Assembly: GCF_004010195.1 (NCBI RefSeq)
Contig: NC_057719.1
Location: 53,846,204 to 53,910,203 of the forward strand
Direction of reading: 5' to 3'
Source of the DNA: Chiloscyllium plagiosum
Lineage: Eukaryota
Length of the DNA stretch: 64,000 nt
Shown here piece after piece: positions 14,388-28,420 of the stretch (position 1 is the stretch's first letter; each line of letters starts with the position of its first letter). Under the pieces are notes generated by a model that made no database searches, was not told the origin of the DNA, and saw nothing but the letters and a program-made list of their open reading frames with translations. A program made the position numbers and the translations under genes.

Positions 14388-15355
14388 GAACATACAAGAT
14401 GGGATAAGGAGATCATTCAGTCCCTGGAGCCAGCTGTACCATTTAATAAGATCGTGGCTGATCTGTTTTGTGTTTTGAATTCCACGTTTTCACCTCACCT
14501 CTCTGTTCAACCTCATAAACATTGATTTCTCTGCCTATTCACTTAGAAAACCAAAAATAGGCTATCCATTTCTCCTCTTTATGGATGACATGGTGGCACG
14601 GTAGTTAGCACGGTTGCCTCACAGCACCAGGGACATGAGCTTAATTCCAACATTGAGCAACAGTTTGTGGAGTTTGCACATTCTCACCATCTTTGCGTTT
14701 CTTTCGGGTGCTCCAGTTCCCTTCCACAGTCCAATGAAATGCAAGTGGATTGGTCATGCTAGAGTACCCCATAATGTGCAGCCAAGGTAGGTTAACTATG
14801 ATAAATGTGGGGTTATGGGGATGGAGTGGGATGCTGTTCGGAGGGTTGGTGCAGACTCAATTGGCTGAATGGCCTCTGTATGCCCTGTAGGGATTTGATG
14901 ATTCAAGTTTGCTGTGTGGCAGGTTGTGATTGATCTGATAATCCTAAAATCCAGTTTCTTACCTTTTCCCCCTTACCCTTGATTCCCTTCCTGATTAAAT
15001 CTCTCCCTTTCTCCCTGGAGTACACTTGGTGACCTAACAGCTTCAACATCCCTTTGCAATGAAGAATTCCACAGGTTCTGACCTCCAGTGGAACAGGTCC
15101 AGCTTGTCCAACCTATCCTCAAAAGACAACTGACATGTACCAGTACCAAACAAATAAACTGCCTTTGAAACACCTCATTTACATTCTTCCTCAAATAAAC
15201 AGGGCCAAACTGCACACAATTTTAAAAATCTGGTCTCATCAATGTCCTGTATAACTGAAACATTGCATCCTTTACTTTTATGTTCAATTCGTCCCCAAAT
15301 AAAGGAGCGTGTCCAGTTCATAAACTCTGAGCCTTTGAAGCCAATAAACATTGAC
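14388..15355 (-). mobile_element. Old CR1 3' fragment interrupted by a SINE
   Basis: ORFs 14973-15360 with QFGPVYLRK...QRQF and IEHKSKG; CR1 tail near 14390-14470. Confidence 0.65.
14584..14903 (+). mobile_element. HE1-type SINE
   Basis: ggtggcacggtagttagcac...tggagtttgcacattctc...tgtagggatttgatgatt. Confidence 0.85.
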
Positions 15356-16659
15356 TTCAAACGTATTTAGATATGTAGGAAGGGCGACGTGCTGCAACTT
15401 TGGCTCATCTCTTGAGCGGGTCATTCTTAATTATTTTAAATTAATTATTTATTTATCAACCCATATATTAATTTCATTAAATTTACCTCTAATTTGTTTA
15501 CTATGTTAGCACTTAGGAATAGGATAAGTCTTAACCACTTAGCAAAGACTCATTGAACATTTAGCTCCTTTCTCTGTCATAAAACAAGATGCAATTCTAA
15601 TCACCTCCAATGATTCTAACTTTGCCTCTCACTGCCTGTCTCAGGGTTCTTTCCTGACCTGCTCCGCTCAGTGACACTGACTGCCTGTCTTGGTGTCTTT
15701 ACCTTGCTTTGTCCTCCCCAGTAAAGCTGGTTGCCTGCCTCAGAATCCTCAAATTGCTTGCTTCTCTTGGTGATGCTAATTGCCTGCCATAGTGTCTACC
15801 CTTAACTCTCCTGTCCTGGAAATCAAAGAGGCGAACATGCAAGAAATTGACAGTTACATCAATGTCCTTAGAATAAGGGAGGGATGTTTTTAAGGTAGAG
15901 TTAACAATGATCAAAACCAAATTTGGAGCATAAATTGGAAGAAACCTAATTACAATTAAGAAACCACTCCTAAATATGTAAAATTATTTATATAACTCAA
16001 AACATTCTAAAAGTATTAAGGAACAAACAGAAACATTGGTTCAGTTAACTCATTTAGGATCTCTCACAAAGTAAAAATTAGACTGATGAAAACCAGCAAA
16101 GGTGAATACCTATCTGACAAGACAGTTATCTTATTCATTCTGTGGTCCTCACTTGGAAGAATTAAGGTAATGCTAGTTCAATGGTTGATAAATATCTTAC
16201 TTATTGTTGCAGTAAAATATTTTAAAATATAAAGCTGGATTCTCTATCAGAGATAAAATCATGCTTTTCTGTTTTTTTCCCCTAGAACCTGCTTACAACT
16301 GTACAACTATCTAATTGATATATCAATGGACTAGTGGATGCTTTGTGGACATAGGTTCAAATCCAACCACAGCAGTATTAAGCTTGGGAATTAAAAGCTA
16401 ATCCCAGTCCTGGTGACCATGACACTCTCATGGTTTTTTTATAACAATCAATCAGTTTTGGGGAGTGAAACTTAGCCTCATTTCCCAGTCCAACCTATAT
16501 GACTTCAAATCCACAACAATATGTTGGAATCTTAACTACCCTCTGAAATTGCTGAGCAACACTGCCAGTTCAAGAGCAGTTATGGAGGGTAACAAATTAC
16601 CAGCAAAATCAATGGTCCATGAAAGACTAAAGCAAAAAGGTGACAGGTTGCTCCCACCA

Positions 16660-17965
16660 GTTATAGAGTCTTAGAGTTGTACAGACACTTTGGTCCAACT
16701 CGTTCATGCCGACTAGATATTCTAAATTAATCTCATTTCATTTGCCAGCATTTAGCCCATTTTCATCCAAACTCTTCCTATTCATGTACCTATCCAGATG
16801 TCTCTTAAATGTTGTAATTATACCAGCCTCCACCACTTCCTCTGGCAGCTCATTCCATATAGACACCACCCATGCGTGAAAAAGTTGTCCCTTAGATCCC
16901 TTTTGAATCTTTCTGCTTTCATCTTAAACCTATGTCCTCTAGTTTTGGACTCCCCTACCCTGGGGAAAAGGCCATGGCTATTCACCCACTCAATGTTCCT
17001 CATGATTTTATAAACCTCTATAAGGTCAACCTTCAGCTTCCGATGCTCCAAGGAAAATAGCCCCAACCTATTCAGCCTCCACCTAGTGCAAACCCTGCAA
17101 TCCTAGCAGCATCCTTGTAAACATTTTCTGAACCCTTTCAAGTTTAACGACATCTTTCTTATGCCAAGGAGACTAGAATTGAACACAGTATTGCAAAAGT
17201 GGCCTAACCAATGTCCTGTACAGCCAAAACATGACATCCTAACTCCTAGACGCAATGCATAGACTAATGCAAGCAAGTATACCAAACACAATCTTCACCA
17301 GAAGAACGTGAGGACTGCAGATACTGGAGATCAGAGTCGAGAGCATGGTGCTGGAAAAGCACAGAATGTCAGGCAGCATCAGAATCGATGTTTCAGGCAA
17401 CATTCCTGATGAAGGGCTTATGCGCAAAACATTGATTCTCCTGCTCCTCGGATGCTGCCTGACCTGCTGTGCTTTTCCAGCACCACGCTCTCAACCCCCA
17501 CTTTCTTCACTATTCCATCTGTGATTCTAATTTCAAGGAACTATGAACCTTCAACCCAAGGTCTCTTTAATAATACTCCTAGAACCATACCATTAGTATA
17601 TAAGTTCTGGCCTGATTTACCTTGCTAAAATGCAACACCTCACATTTATTTATATTAAACTCCATCTGCCACTCCTCAGCACGTCGACTCATTTGATCAA
17701 GGTTTCATTTTATTCTGAGGTAACCTTCATTACTGTCCACTATAACACCAATCTAACTGCAATCATCTGCAATCTTACTAATCATTTCTCCTATATTCAC
17801 ATCCAAATCATTTATATAAATGACAAACAACAGTGGACCCAGCACCAATGCTTGTGGCAAACCACTGGTCACAGGCCTCCAAGTCTGAAAAGCAACCCCC
17901 CCACCACCACCCTCTGTCTCCTACCTTCAAGCCAATTTTGTCTCCAAATGGCTAGCTCTCCCTAA
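16660..17965 (-). mobile_element. CR1/HER1 LINE 3' fragment
   Basis: LGLFSLEHRKLKVDLIEVYKIMRNI...TRGHRFKM...FFT. Confidence 0.9.
17301..17495. mobile_element. Fold-back mini-PLE (family 1) inserted in a CR1 LINE
   Basis: Inverted arms; + strand ctgatgaagggcttatgcgcaaaac at ~17406; tcttcac repeated in both flanks. Confidence 0.85.
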
Positions 17966-17984
17966 AATATTTTCACTGGGAAAA

Positions 17985-18350
17985 CAGAGGGTGAGGGGTG
18001 ACCTGATCGAGATCTACAATATTACGAAAGACGTAGATAGGGTGAATAATCAAAGGCTTTTTCCCAGGGTAGAAAGGTCAACTACAAAAGGGCATAAGTT
18101 CAAAGTGAGAGGGGTAGATAGAGGAGAAGTGCAAGGAAAATTCTTCACACAGAGAGTGGTGGGTGCCTGGAATACATTGCCAAAGGAGGTGGTGGAAGCA
18201 GACAGGTTAGCAATATTTAAGGCATATCTTAATAGGTATATGAACAGGAGGTGAACAAAGAGATATAAACTATATATGGACAATAAGTAGCATTCTAAAT
18301 AAGGACTGGAATTGGCACAGTTCTCCTGTGTTGTATTGTTCTTTCTTCTT
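17985..18350 (+). mobile_element. CR1 LINE 3' fragment
   Basis: RGDLIEIYNI...TKGHKFKVRG...FFTQRVVGAWNTLP. Confidence 0.9.
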
Positions 18351-18861
18351 TAGATTTGAGAATATTAGAGATGGCAAAGAAAGCTTACTTAATTGAAGAT
18401 AGATGGTAACAAGATGTCATATCATGAAACCTCCTGGAATATGTACAATAAAGCTTTTAATCCTGGAATATGTTTGATTTGTAAGCTTTGAATCTCATAT
18501 ATTTCCCCAATGCTGATCTATTTACCATTTTCCCTTCTGACAGATTTAGGACCTTGAACCAATTACTCAGCCACATTAATCTCAGAAGTGTCTTCTATCA
18601 CATCATTTATCAATGAGCTAATCATAAGATTTGGGAATAATTGTGGTGAGGGGATTAGGGTTAGATTTAGGAAACAGGACATGAAGGGGGCTATAAATCC
18701 AAACTGCCTATTTCTTCTTCATAGCCACGTTTGTGCCTGTACCTCTTTGGAGAAGGAGCATGTGATGTCCCCAACACCCTCGCAGCATTGAGGGGGCCTT
18801 GAACACCCCAGGAGTTCTAATTGAATTAAATGATTTATTGTCATTTGTTTGACAATACAGT

Positions 18862-19458
18862 GGCTATAAAAGGTTATTTTGTCCTTTTTTTCGAAGAGAC
18901 ATTTTAAGACAGAGGAACCAAGTAGTGTACCAGAACCACTATAGTAAACAGTTTGTGAGGCCTTTTTTTAAAGTTGGAACAATAGAAACAACCTGAATGG
19001 GTGTGGTCAAACTTCCACAGAACCAGGATCTTTAGTTCAGCTTTCAGCAGTTGCTGTTGGAATCTTGAAGAATTGGAAGCAATGTTTTCCCTCTCTTGGT
19101 TGCAGCCAAATGCTGGGCGGTCTCTGCTTGCTATGGAGTTGCACGTGAGACAATCTGTTTTCTGAATTTGCCTTTTGCCAAGTGTGCTTATGGGGATTTT
19201 ACTATATTGGAACAGTTAATTAGTAATGGTTACTGCATCTGTTATTTTGTTAAGTTTTCCAATAAAGTTGTTATTCCAATTCCTTCTTTCCTTTGTTGTA
19301 TTTTATCTATAGTGAATGAATTAAGTGTGTTTTGCTTTAAATCCGGTAGTTTGACCAAGTGAATTGCATCTGGAATGCAATACCATACATGTACCTCTAA
19401 AATAAAGCTCTAGACTAGCTTCTGAACATCTTGAAGGGGTTTGGCCTGGTCCTTAATC
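18862..19458 (+). mobile_element. Probable solo LTR related to the Gmr1-like LTR
   Basis: Ends ggggtttggcctggtccttaa, similar to the LTR end ggggtctggcctagtccataaca. Contains aataaa. Confidence 0.5.
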
Positions 19459-22400
19459 CCTCTTGCATTTTACAGTGAATAATACAGTATAATACAGTGA
19501 AAAGCTTCAACTGTCGCCACATTTGAACAGTTCAAGAATAATCCAATACCATTGCGATTTCATTCAAAAGAAAAACATTTTCGTAGCATCTCCCGTGCTG
19601 CAAAAATTGTTGGCTGGTAAGTGTCAGTTTTGCTTGTTTCTAAAATCTACTGTCCATTATGGTATAAATCAAAGGTCATTGGCAGGCTTTCAGAGATTTG
19701 CTTCACTTCTGTGGGTCAGAATCTTGCATTATAATGAAAGGCCAATTCCTAAAACCACAGGTTCATCAACATCTGAAGGGAAGCTGCCACATTGCAGCTA
19801 TGTTGAGATTGCCTGGTGTTTTAAGCATGTGACAGATGTGTAATGATTTAAACGTGCTCTCCATAGGCCGTTTGCTATTTAAGAATCAGGAAGTCAGGAA
19901 TACGATTATTGTGAGGCTTCTGAAGGCCAACAGCAGCAGCAGCAGCAGCTTAAATGCCAAAACAAAGGAGGAAGATACGTGACAAGAAGAATAATTTCAA
20001 GCAAAATATTTGAGAAACTAACACAGAGTTTGAGATGAAGAGATTGTCTTCCCCTGCAATAATGGGTTCAGTTAGTCAAAAGATGCCAGAGGTGGCACAA
20101 CATCTGCAAGCCATTAGGTAAAGATTGCTGGTAGTACCTGTATGTGAAATCATTACATCTCCTTTAAAAGTGCTAAGTTAATACTGTTTTACTCCTCTCT
20201 TTGATTTCTATCAGTTTGGAAAAGCATTATCTATCCTCCTTCTCTTCCTACTAACCATGGCTTATCTACTGACTTAAAGTCAACTTTCATTTCATTTCTG
20301 CTTGGAGGCATACAAATATAAAGCTGCTATTTTCCCCCAAACTACTCGGTCTCATTTATTGTTCTTGTGTTGTCATATACATTATTTTAAATTTGCATAT
20401 ATTTTCAATGATTGAAACTCTTTGGTCAGAGCATTTCATTAAACACTTACATTCAGTTTGCTAGAAAAATGCCCACACTCTTGAATTCCCTATCTAATTG
20501 CTTCTATTTTTTTTTTGTTGATTTGTACTGGAGCTTTAAGGACTTTTTTTAAACCTAACTCTTTGACTGAGCTTTTGGTCTGTCCTTTAAATATTTAATT
20601 ACTTGACTCAACGCCTACTGTTTGTCACATTACGATCCTGGACATCATGGTAAAGGAGCTATACACACAAACGTTGTTATTGTCCAAGCAAAAATATAGC
20701 TTTCACATTTCAAAAAGAGAACAACTCCAAACACAATACATCACCAGACAGTTTAATTGCAGACTGTGAGCATTCTGCATGCTGGTAGCCGACTGATTTG
20801 TGGCATGGTACTGTCATACCCAAAAGTTGCTTCAGTCCTGGATACACATGCAGAAATATTTCCATCAAGCTAAACTGTATATTGAAAGTTAAAAAAAAAA
20901 TTAAAATGTTGCCTGGAGAACACTCAATTTTTCAACCAGTCATCATAGCTTAGGCAATTCAAAATGTTACTCTACAAAGCCAAAACCAGATTTGTCAAGC
21001 CCACTGCATATGTATACCAATTCTAATTGCTGCTTTCATATCCTCAGTTTTGAAAAGCTCATCAGTGTGAAGCAGTGAGTGAGGCACTTGCAATTGCCTA
21101 ACAAGAAACTGATGATAATCTATAAAGCAATAAGTGAAGCCTTCATTGAAAATCAGTTCAACTAAATCATGCAAATAGCTTCTAAAAAAGCAACAATGGT
21201 TTACTTTCGAACATTGATAAACTGGCATGCCCTGTATTTTCATAAGCAAAAGTTCCAGAATTCTGATTATAATCTAATTGAATGTTAATAAATGAATCAT
21301 ATATAAAGTCAATGCTTTTCTTAATGAAGCTGTTTATTACTAAGATATAATTTCACTGATCTTATTAAAAAAGGCTCTAAACTGATGTGTTTACATAAAT
21401 GAGAAAGGAATTACTGCATCATACAATTAATTTGTCACTGTTATTAAATTATTATCATTCTGAACTCAAAAAAAGATTGCAGTATCACTCTTCATATATC
21501 AAATTATCATACCGAAGTAAAGAAATCAGGCCACAGGTAGTTAATATTGATTCAAGTGATTTGATATTACTTTCTTTTAACTGAAAGAAGGATCTTATAG
21601 CGGTCTTCATTTTTTTTTTGTGGATTAGATTCACAAACACTGCAGCATGCTTCAGGCCCTTCTAGTGAACCTTCTCCTGTCTTTCGTGCCGATTTCCATT
21701 TTGCCAAACTAGCAGAAATACTCATGAATAGGTTTCGGCCACTACTTTGGATTCCCGCATCTGCAGTTTTCTTTTGTCTTGATTCAACTTATCAGTCTGG
21801 CTTAGCAGACACACCATTGATTTTGTGCATTAAACACCACTCTTACTTTTTGGTAATTACATTGATTTTATCAGCCTCGAGGTTTTGTTGTCTATCATTT
21901 TATTGCTAAATTTTCTCAGTGAAAGTAACTTATAGCTCTGTGTGCATCACTATAGATCTTTGTCAAAGATTACTCACTTGTATTACTGGTCCAAGATTAT
22001 CCAGAAACTGAACTGAACATTTAATTGGATCAGCCATAGCAGATTCATCTGGTTGAAAGTTACGGAGCATTATAATTACTGCTCTGTTAGATTACTATTA
22101 TCGAGTTGTTGGGAAGCTATCTAAATACTTGACAGCAAAGTTGGGTTGATGAAAGAACCACGAAGCTTGGTATTTCGAGTTTCTCAATTAGATGCAGCAT
22201 TAGAAATTGTAAACATGCCATGCATATGTGCCCTAACTGGCATGGAGAGAAAGAAAATTCTATTCACTGAGGTGGGTGAATTCTTGAGCAAATCAATGTG
22301 TGGAGCCCTGAAGCTTTCCTTACTGTTGTAATCAGTGACACCCTGATAGACTAAGGTCTATGTGAAATAAGGAAAGAAAGTTTGATGTTTAGGTACAGTA

Positions 22401-22678
22401 AGAGAGATGCAAATTAGATCAGAGGGGGCGAGAGGAGACAAGACAAACCAGTCCTGAACTATTGTATATATTTTGATTAATAGGGCTGGAGACAGATTCC
22501 CATATTGTTTCAACAGGAGATAGTTAGGCAGCAAAGACCTCTCACCATCAAATTGATTTTATATTTTCTGGAATCCACTTAATGATTCATCAACAAATTC
22601 ACTCTTAATTAATTTAGTGAATTTTATGTCTCATGCCTGATCAGCTACTATGGTAACAGTGAGTAAGGGACGGCAGAG

Positions 22679-22931
22679 TGAGAGAGAGAGAGAGAGAGAG
22701 GGAGAGGTAGTGCCTATGGTCATGAACATGAAGAGTCTCAACTGCCATTTGATGCCAACAACATAACAGATTGCGTGGAAAGACGTTAAAAAGAATAAGA
22801 GAGAGAGAGAGAGAGGGAGAGGTAGTGCCTATGGTCATGAACATGAAGATTCTCTAAGTGACTGGCAGTCTCAACTGCCATTTGATGCCAACAACATAAC
22901 AGATTGCGTGGAAAGACGTTAAAAAGAATAA
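22679..22931 (+). repeat. Tandem duplication of ~120-133 bp, each unit starting with (GA)n
   Basis: Units 22679-22798 and 22799-22931 are identical apart from (GA)n length and 18 extra bases (22850-22867) in unit 2. Confidence 0.95.
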
Positions 22932-23315
22932 TTGGCACAAACAATGGCATTCAGAAAAAAGCTTGTAAATAAACTTCTAGAAAGATTTTATAATGAGGAT
23001 ATTATGTTCTGCTGCAATGTTTTGTGGTGGTATTATGAGAATAAATCTAGCAAAGAGAAAAAAAGTATGTTCAAGGCTAACTGAGGTTATAAGTAAATCC
23101 CATAGGGATGAGTGGAGAAAGGTTAAGAAAAAGATTAGAAGAAAGACAGTCAAGAGGAAAACAGCATTGTAGAAGTTATGTGCTGATGTGCTGATACCCA
23201 CAACAATTAAAATAAAGTCATATAACTAAAATCAGTAATTCTAATGCAGTGATACATTATCAAAGCATTGGTGGAAATCATGGTCTGACCTTCCACGAAG
23301 TGACAATCATTATCT

Positions 23316-23625
23316 GGGGTGGCATGGTGGCTCAGTAGTTAGCACTACTGCCTCTCAGCACCAGGAACCTGGATTCAATTCCTGCCTTGGGCAACTGTCT
23401 GTGTGGAGTTTGCACATCCTCCCTGTATCTGTGTGGGTTTCCCCCCCACAGTCCAAAGATGTGCAGGTTAGGTGAATTGGCCATGCTAAATTGCCTATAG
23501 CATTAGCTGCATTGGTCAGGGGTAAATGTAGGGGAATGGGTCTAGGTTGGTTGCTCTTTGGAGGGTTGGTGTGGACTTGCTGGGCTGAAGGGCCTGTTTC
23601 CACACTATAGGGAATCTAATCTAAT
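23316..23625 (+). mobile_element. HE1-type SINE, full length
   Basis: ggtggctcagtagttagcac, ggattcaattcc, V-domain and (aatct)n tail; aatcattat near both flanks. Confidence 0.9.
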
Positions 23626-23824
23626 CATTATTAGATTGCTGCTGCTGCCCTCCCAGTTGCTGTTCTGCATTTTCTGCCACATTTTTCCCGACCGGCTTCT
23701 CCAGAATCACGAAGCCTAGTATCTATCAAACAACTCCTTCACAGAACTGTAGTGACAGATTGAAGACTTACCAGATTCCTATTTCACAGCAAAAACCACT
23801 AGTGTAAATATCCACTGTGCATGT

Positions 23825-24140
23825 TAGTGAATAGGTGAATGGGTGAATGTTGGTGAATGATTAGAGAGGATATTAGGGTGGGTAGGTGGATAAGGTAAGT
23901 GGATAGAATGGATGAAGTGATAAGTGGGTAAGGTGACAGCCGAGCAGGATAGTAGGTAGGTGGTAATGTAGGCAGGTAAAATGGTAGATGGGTAGGGTAA
24001 CAGGAGGTGAGTGGCAAGTTGGATGAGGTATTTGGTGGGTCTAGGAATAGTCAGAGTGTGGAGATGACAGTTCTGTTGTTAGGGTGGGAATGGTGGAAGA
24101 GATAGTTCAGTGAGTTGGGGAGTGGATGAGTCTAGGAAGT
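23825..24140 (+). repeat. G-rich low-complexity tract (ggta/ggtg/ggat)
   Basis: Degenerate tetramer repeats with strong strand asymmetry. Confidence 0.65.
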
Positions 24141-25189
24141 TGAAGTCTCAAACTGTAACTCAGACATATTCATGTAGGGTCCTGGGGAATGGGGGGCTGC
24201 CTGTTAGAGATGAATGGAGTAAAACCTATTGTTGATACATATCCTTAACATATTTATTAACTGTTTTTATTTTAGAAAAACACTGCAAACAGCTCAACAA
24301 AGGTGGCTGCTATAGTGTGTTGGAGCTTAGTTTCAGAACATTTTATGAAGTCAATGTTAGCCAGACCATGAGAATCCTGTGGGCTCTTGATGAGTCTGGA
24401 ATCCTAACAGTTGTCATTCTTTACAGAAATGATCAAGTTCAAGAAAAAAACCCTTGCAAGTTATACCTATCCCATAAGATGACATACTAATAACATTTTA
24501 CTTGTCCCATGGAATGGGCAACGAACAGTTGACTATCTGCTAAGCAAGCTTTTGGCTCAATGATAACTATTCCTCCCACCAACAGTGTCCTCCACCACCC
24601 CACAACAAATTCTCTCTGGGTGACGTGGTCACATGTTGCCAAAGCATGGAACCCAATGTCCTTTCTAAGTATACAATTTTGAAATAGTATAGAGTTAGGA
24701 AGTGAGCATAGCTCCATACACCATGGAATATTAAAATACAGAAGAGGCCATTCAGCCCATCAAGTCTATTCCATAAAAACTATACCAAATTTACACTTGT
24801 TCTATTTTCCAGCATTTGGCTCATAGCTTTGAAATGTTATAACACCGTAATGCAAAAGTCTACTGACACTGATCAACATCCCTAATTCTCAGCCATTGAC
24901 CTGTACCTGCGCTCTCTGCAAGTAAAATTTCCTTTTTTCAATAAAATGGAGCATAAGTTACATTTTAGCCAGATATTGAGAAGACTTTCATTTAAGAGAA
25001 AAAAAATGCTTATATCCCTTCAACTTGTGGCTAATCAATCGATTGACATTCACAAAAGAATTTTGGATTTTGAACTTTATCAATGTCCTTGCTTTTAAAA
25101 GTAAACTGATATTTCTCAATTGTTTTAAGTTATTATTAATTTAATTATCTCTTTAACCATTCTGATCCTATCTCAACTATCTCTCCTCT

Positions 25190-26072
25190 GCCATTTCTAC
25201 CACCTACAAATGGACCCCACCATCTGAGAAAATTTCCCTCCCCACCCCCTATCCGCTTTCTGTAAAGACCATTCCCTCCGCGACTACCTGGTCAGGTCCA
25301 CACCCCCTAACAACCCACCCTCCCCTCCTGGCACCTTCCACTACCACCGCAAGAATAGCAAGACCTGTGCCCACACCTCCCCCCTCATCTCTGTCCAAAG
25401 GAGCCTTCCACATCCATCAAAGTTACACTTGCACTTCCACACGTCATTTACTGTATCTGTTGTTCCCGATGCGGTCTCCTCTACACTGGGGAGACTGGAC
25501 GCCTACTTGCAGAGCTCTTCAGAGAACATCTCTGGGACACCCACACCAATCAACCCCACCATCCCCTGGCCAAACATTTCAACTCCTCCTCCCAGTCTGC
25601 CAAGGACATGCAGGTCCTGGGTCTCCTCCATTGCCACTCACTTCCCTCCTGACGCCTGGAGGAAGAACATCTCATCTTTCACCTTGGGACTCTTCAAGCC
25701 CATGGCACCAATGTCAACTTGATCAGTTTCCTCATTTCCCTTCCCCCCACTTTACCCCAGTTCCAACCTTCCATCTCAGCACTGTCCTCGATGATCTGTT
25801 CCACCTGTCAATCTTCTTTCCCACCTATCCACTCCACCCTCCTCTCTGATCTATCACATTCCCCTCCCACCTCCATCCACCTATTGCACTCTCAGCTACC
25901 TTTGCCCCATCCCCACCCCCTCCCATTTATCTCTCCACCCCCAAGGCTCCCAGCCTCATTCCCGAAACATCGATTTTCCTGCTCCTCGGATGCTGCCTAA
26001 CCTGCTGTGCTTTTCCAGCACCACTTTTATCTTGACTCTAATCTCCAACATCTGCAGTACTCACTTTTGCCT
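25190..26072 (+). mobile_element. PLE family 1 3' fragment with tail; HHR core deleted
   Basis: GIY-YIG region IYCICCSRCGLLYTGETG-like. cattcccgaaac at ~25957 lacks the CTGATGA/stem II segment. Ends ctcacttttgcc. Confidence 0.9.
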
Positions 26073-27464
26073 ATATCAACTAATACATTTCAAAGTATGC
26101 TTGTGTTGTGAGATTTTTCCTGCATTTATGAGTATGAAATAAACTGTATTGTAGTTTAACTTTAACACAGAGTTATTGTGGTCATTACAAAGTCTTTTTT
26201 TTTCAAAATTGACCCTTCCCCATCACAATCACAGGCAGTGCATTTAAATCCTCGCCCCTCAGTAATTGATGATTTTTTTTTTCAGTGAGACCACTGTACC
26301 ACCATTATTTATAGTGAATACTATGGGCATTTTGAAAGATTACTAATCATGTCTTTATGTGGTGTGGGATCCTAATTGCTGGCATTTGTTGCATGGTCCA
26401 CAATTTTACTTCCCAGGGCACTTCGCAAGAGCATAATCGATCAATATTTGACACAGTCGCACATAAGATGATGTTGAGCTGAATCTTTTGATCTTAGAAT
26501 ATGGGAATCAGATGGAATCATTTTTGAGTCCAAACCAAACTACCACTGATTGGAAATTATCCATTAGGATCATCCTGGAGGTGATTAATGAAGAAGCCAC
26601 CTCCTGGTTTGTTACCTAATAAAGGACAGGTCCTCACGGCTGCAGGCCACACCAGAAATAGGTGCTATCATTGTCAGATGGGGGAAGAAACCACACCTCC
26701 ATCTTATGTCTGCTCCTGAACAGACTTGCAATCTGTTTAAAATCTTTCTCGCCAGAGCTGCTAGCTTCCCCTATGGTGGAGAAATCTGTCCTTGGGATGG
26801 TCCGCAGTTACATCTCTGGTGGGATTGGGGATATGGTGTGGGATTGATCGTAAGAAACTTAGTGAAGCCTCTCAGATCAGCACTGGCAAACCACCTCCAA
26901 GTGTTGACCAAGCTTAGAGCCTGAGTGTGTGCCCCATCTATCGCTGCTCAATGAATGTCCAAAAGGGCATTTAATGATATAGATTGACTGCTGAAAGATA
27001 GACTGCACTACAGTCAATGATCTGCAATCTAGAAGGCTATTCAGATTAAGGATCATGTGTTCCATTATCCCAATGCTAACAGCTGTGGAATTTATTCTGG
27101 CTCTGCCTTCAGACTAATCCCACAAGACCAATGTGCTTCTGCCTGTCATTATTAATGATTATCATGTTTAAAGAATGGTCAAAATTGTACGTTTTAAGGA
27201 TAATCTTAATGGAGGGGTTAAGTAGCAAGATAGGGAGGCTGAGTAAAGGAATTTCAGATCTTAGAGTTCAAATATCTGAATGCAGAGCTGGAAATGCACT
27301 AAACAACATATTTCAAAAAGCATAGATAACCTGTTATGGACTAGGCCAGAAAGAGAACTCAGCAGCCTTTGCACACATCCCCTGCTGCAACTGAACTCAC
27401 TGAAGTTCTGAACTAAATAAAAACTCTAATCTAAACTAAGATTAGCTATGTAGCTAGGTGGCCA

Positions 27465-28278
27465 CTACCCTTTGGTATTACCAGTTTCTTTCAAGACATC
27501 CTGTTTCATTGCATGCTGTGATACTTTTAAATGCTGTCTTGCTAACTCCCCAGCTCTATTTAATCTTTCTTTGAATTTTGACACATAGTCCAAATGTGTG
27601 GTCTCTGAATTCTGACTTACTAATTTCTCCTTACTCAATTTTAATGGTCCTGTCACTTCATGCCCAAAAACTAATTCAAATGGACTGAATTTGGTCAATT
27701 CATTTGGTGCATCTCTGATCGCAAAAAAGGTCAAAACGAATTTCTGTATCCCAATCATCTGGATAGTATTGACCATAAGCCCACAACATGGTCTTTAGTG
27801 TTTGATGCCATCTCTCTACTGCTCTCTGCTATTCTGGATGAGGTAGATTTGACATGTTTTATGCCTAAGCTGTCCATAGCTTCCCTGAACAGTTTGGATG
27901 TGATGTTTGACCCTTGATGTGACTGTATCTCTATTGGTAGTCCATACCAGTAAATAATTTGGGTAATTCTTCTACAATCCTTTTAGCTGTGATACTATGT
28001 AATGGGACGGCCTCTGGAAATCTAGCTAATACATCCATTATTGCTAAAACATACTGATTCCCACTTTTTGTTTGAGGTAAGGGACCTACGCAATTGATTA
28101 AGACTCTTGTAAAAGGTTCCTCAAATGCTGGAATAGGTATTAAAGGTTCAGGTTTTATTACCGCCTGGGGTTTTCCAATTACCTGACATGTATGACACAT
28201 CTGGCAAAATTCAGCAACATCCTTGTGCAGTCCAGGCCAGTAAAAATGCCTTTGTATTTTATCCTGTGTTTTCCTCAC
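27465..28278 (-). pseudogene. Gypsy integrase remnant
   Basis: HFYWPGLHKDVAEFCQMCHTCQ (zinc-binding region); PFTRVLINCVGPLPQTKSGNQYVLAIMD; FSPFELVFGHEVTGPL. Confidence 0.9.
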
Positions 28279-28420
28279 TCCTAACTTAACTCCAAGTGGT
28301 AGGAATTTCTGCCCATTTCTTATCTGCTTGAATATGTGATCGTGCCTATTTCCTCATTAAGACATAACTTTTCAGGTAATAACACACAGGGGTACATTCA
28401 GACTCCTTCTCGGTATATTT

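Noticed and set aside
19883..20038. PolyQ-encoding exon around (CAG)6
   Set aside because: Short open frame with no convincing donor site and no recognisable protein.
23316..23400. tRNA genes
   Set aside because: The A/B boxes belong to SINE heads followed by a V-domain and LINE tail. No complete cloverleaf.
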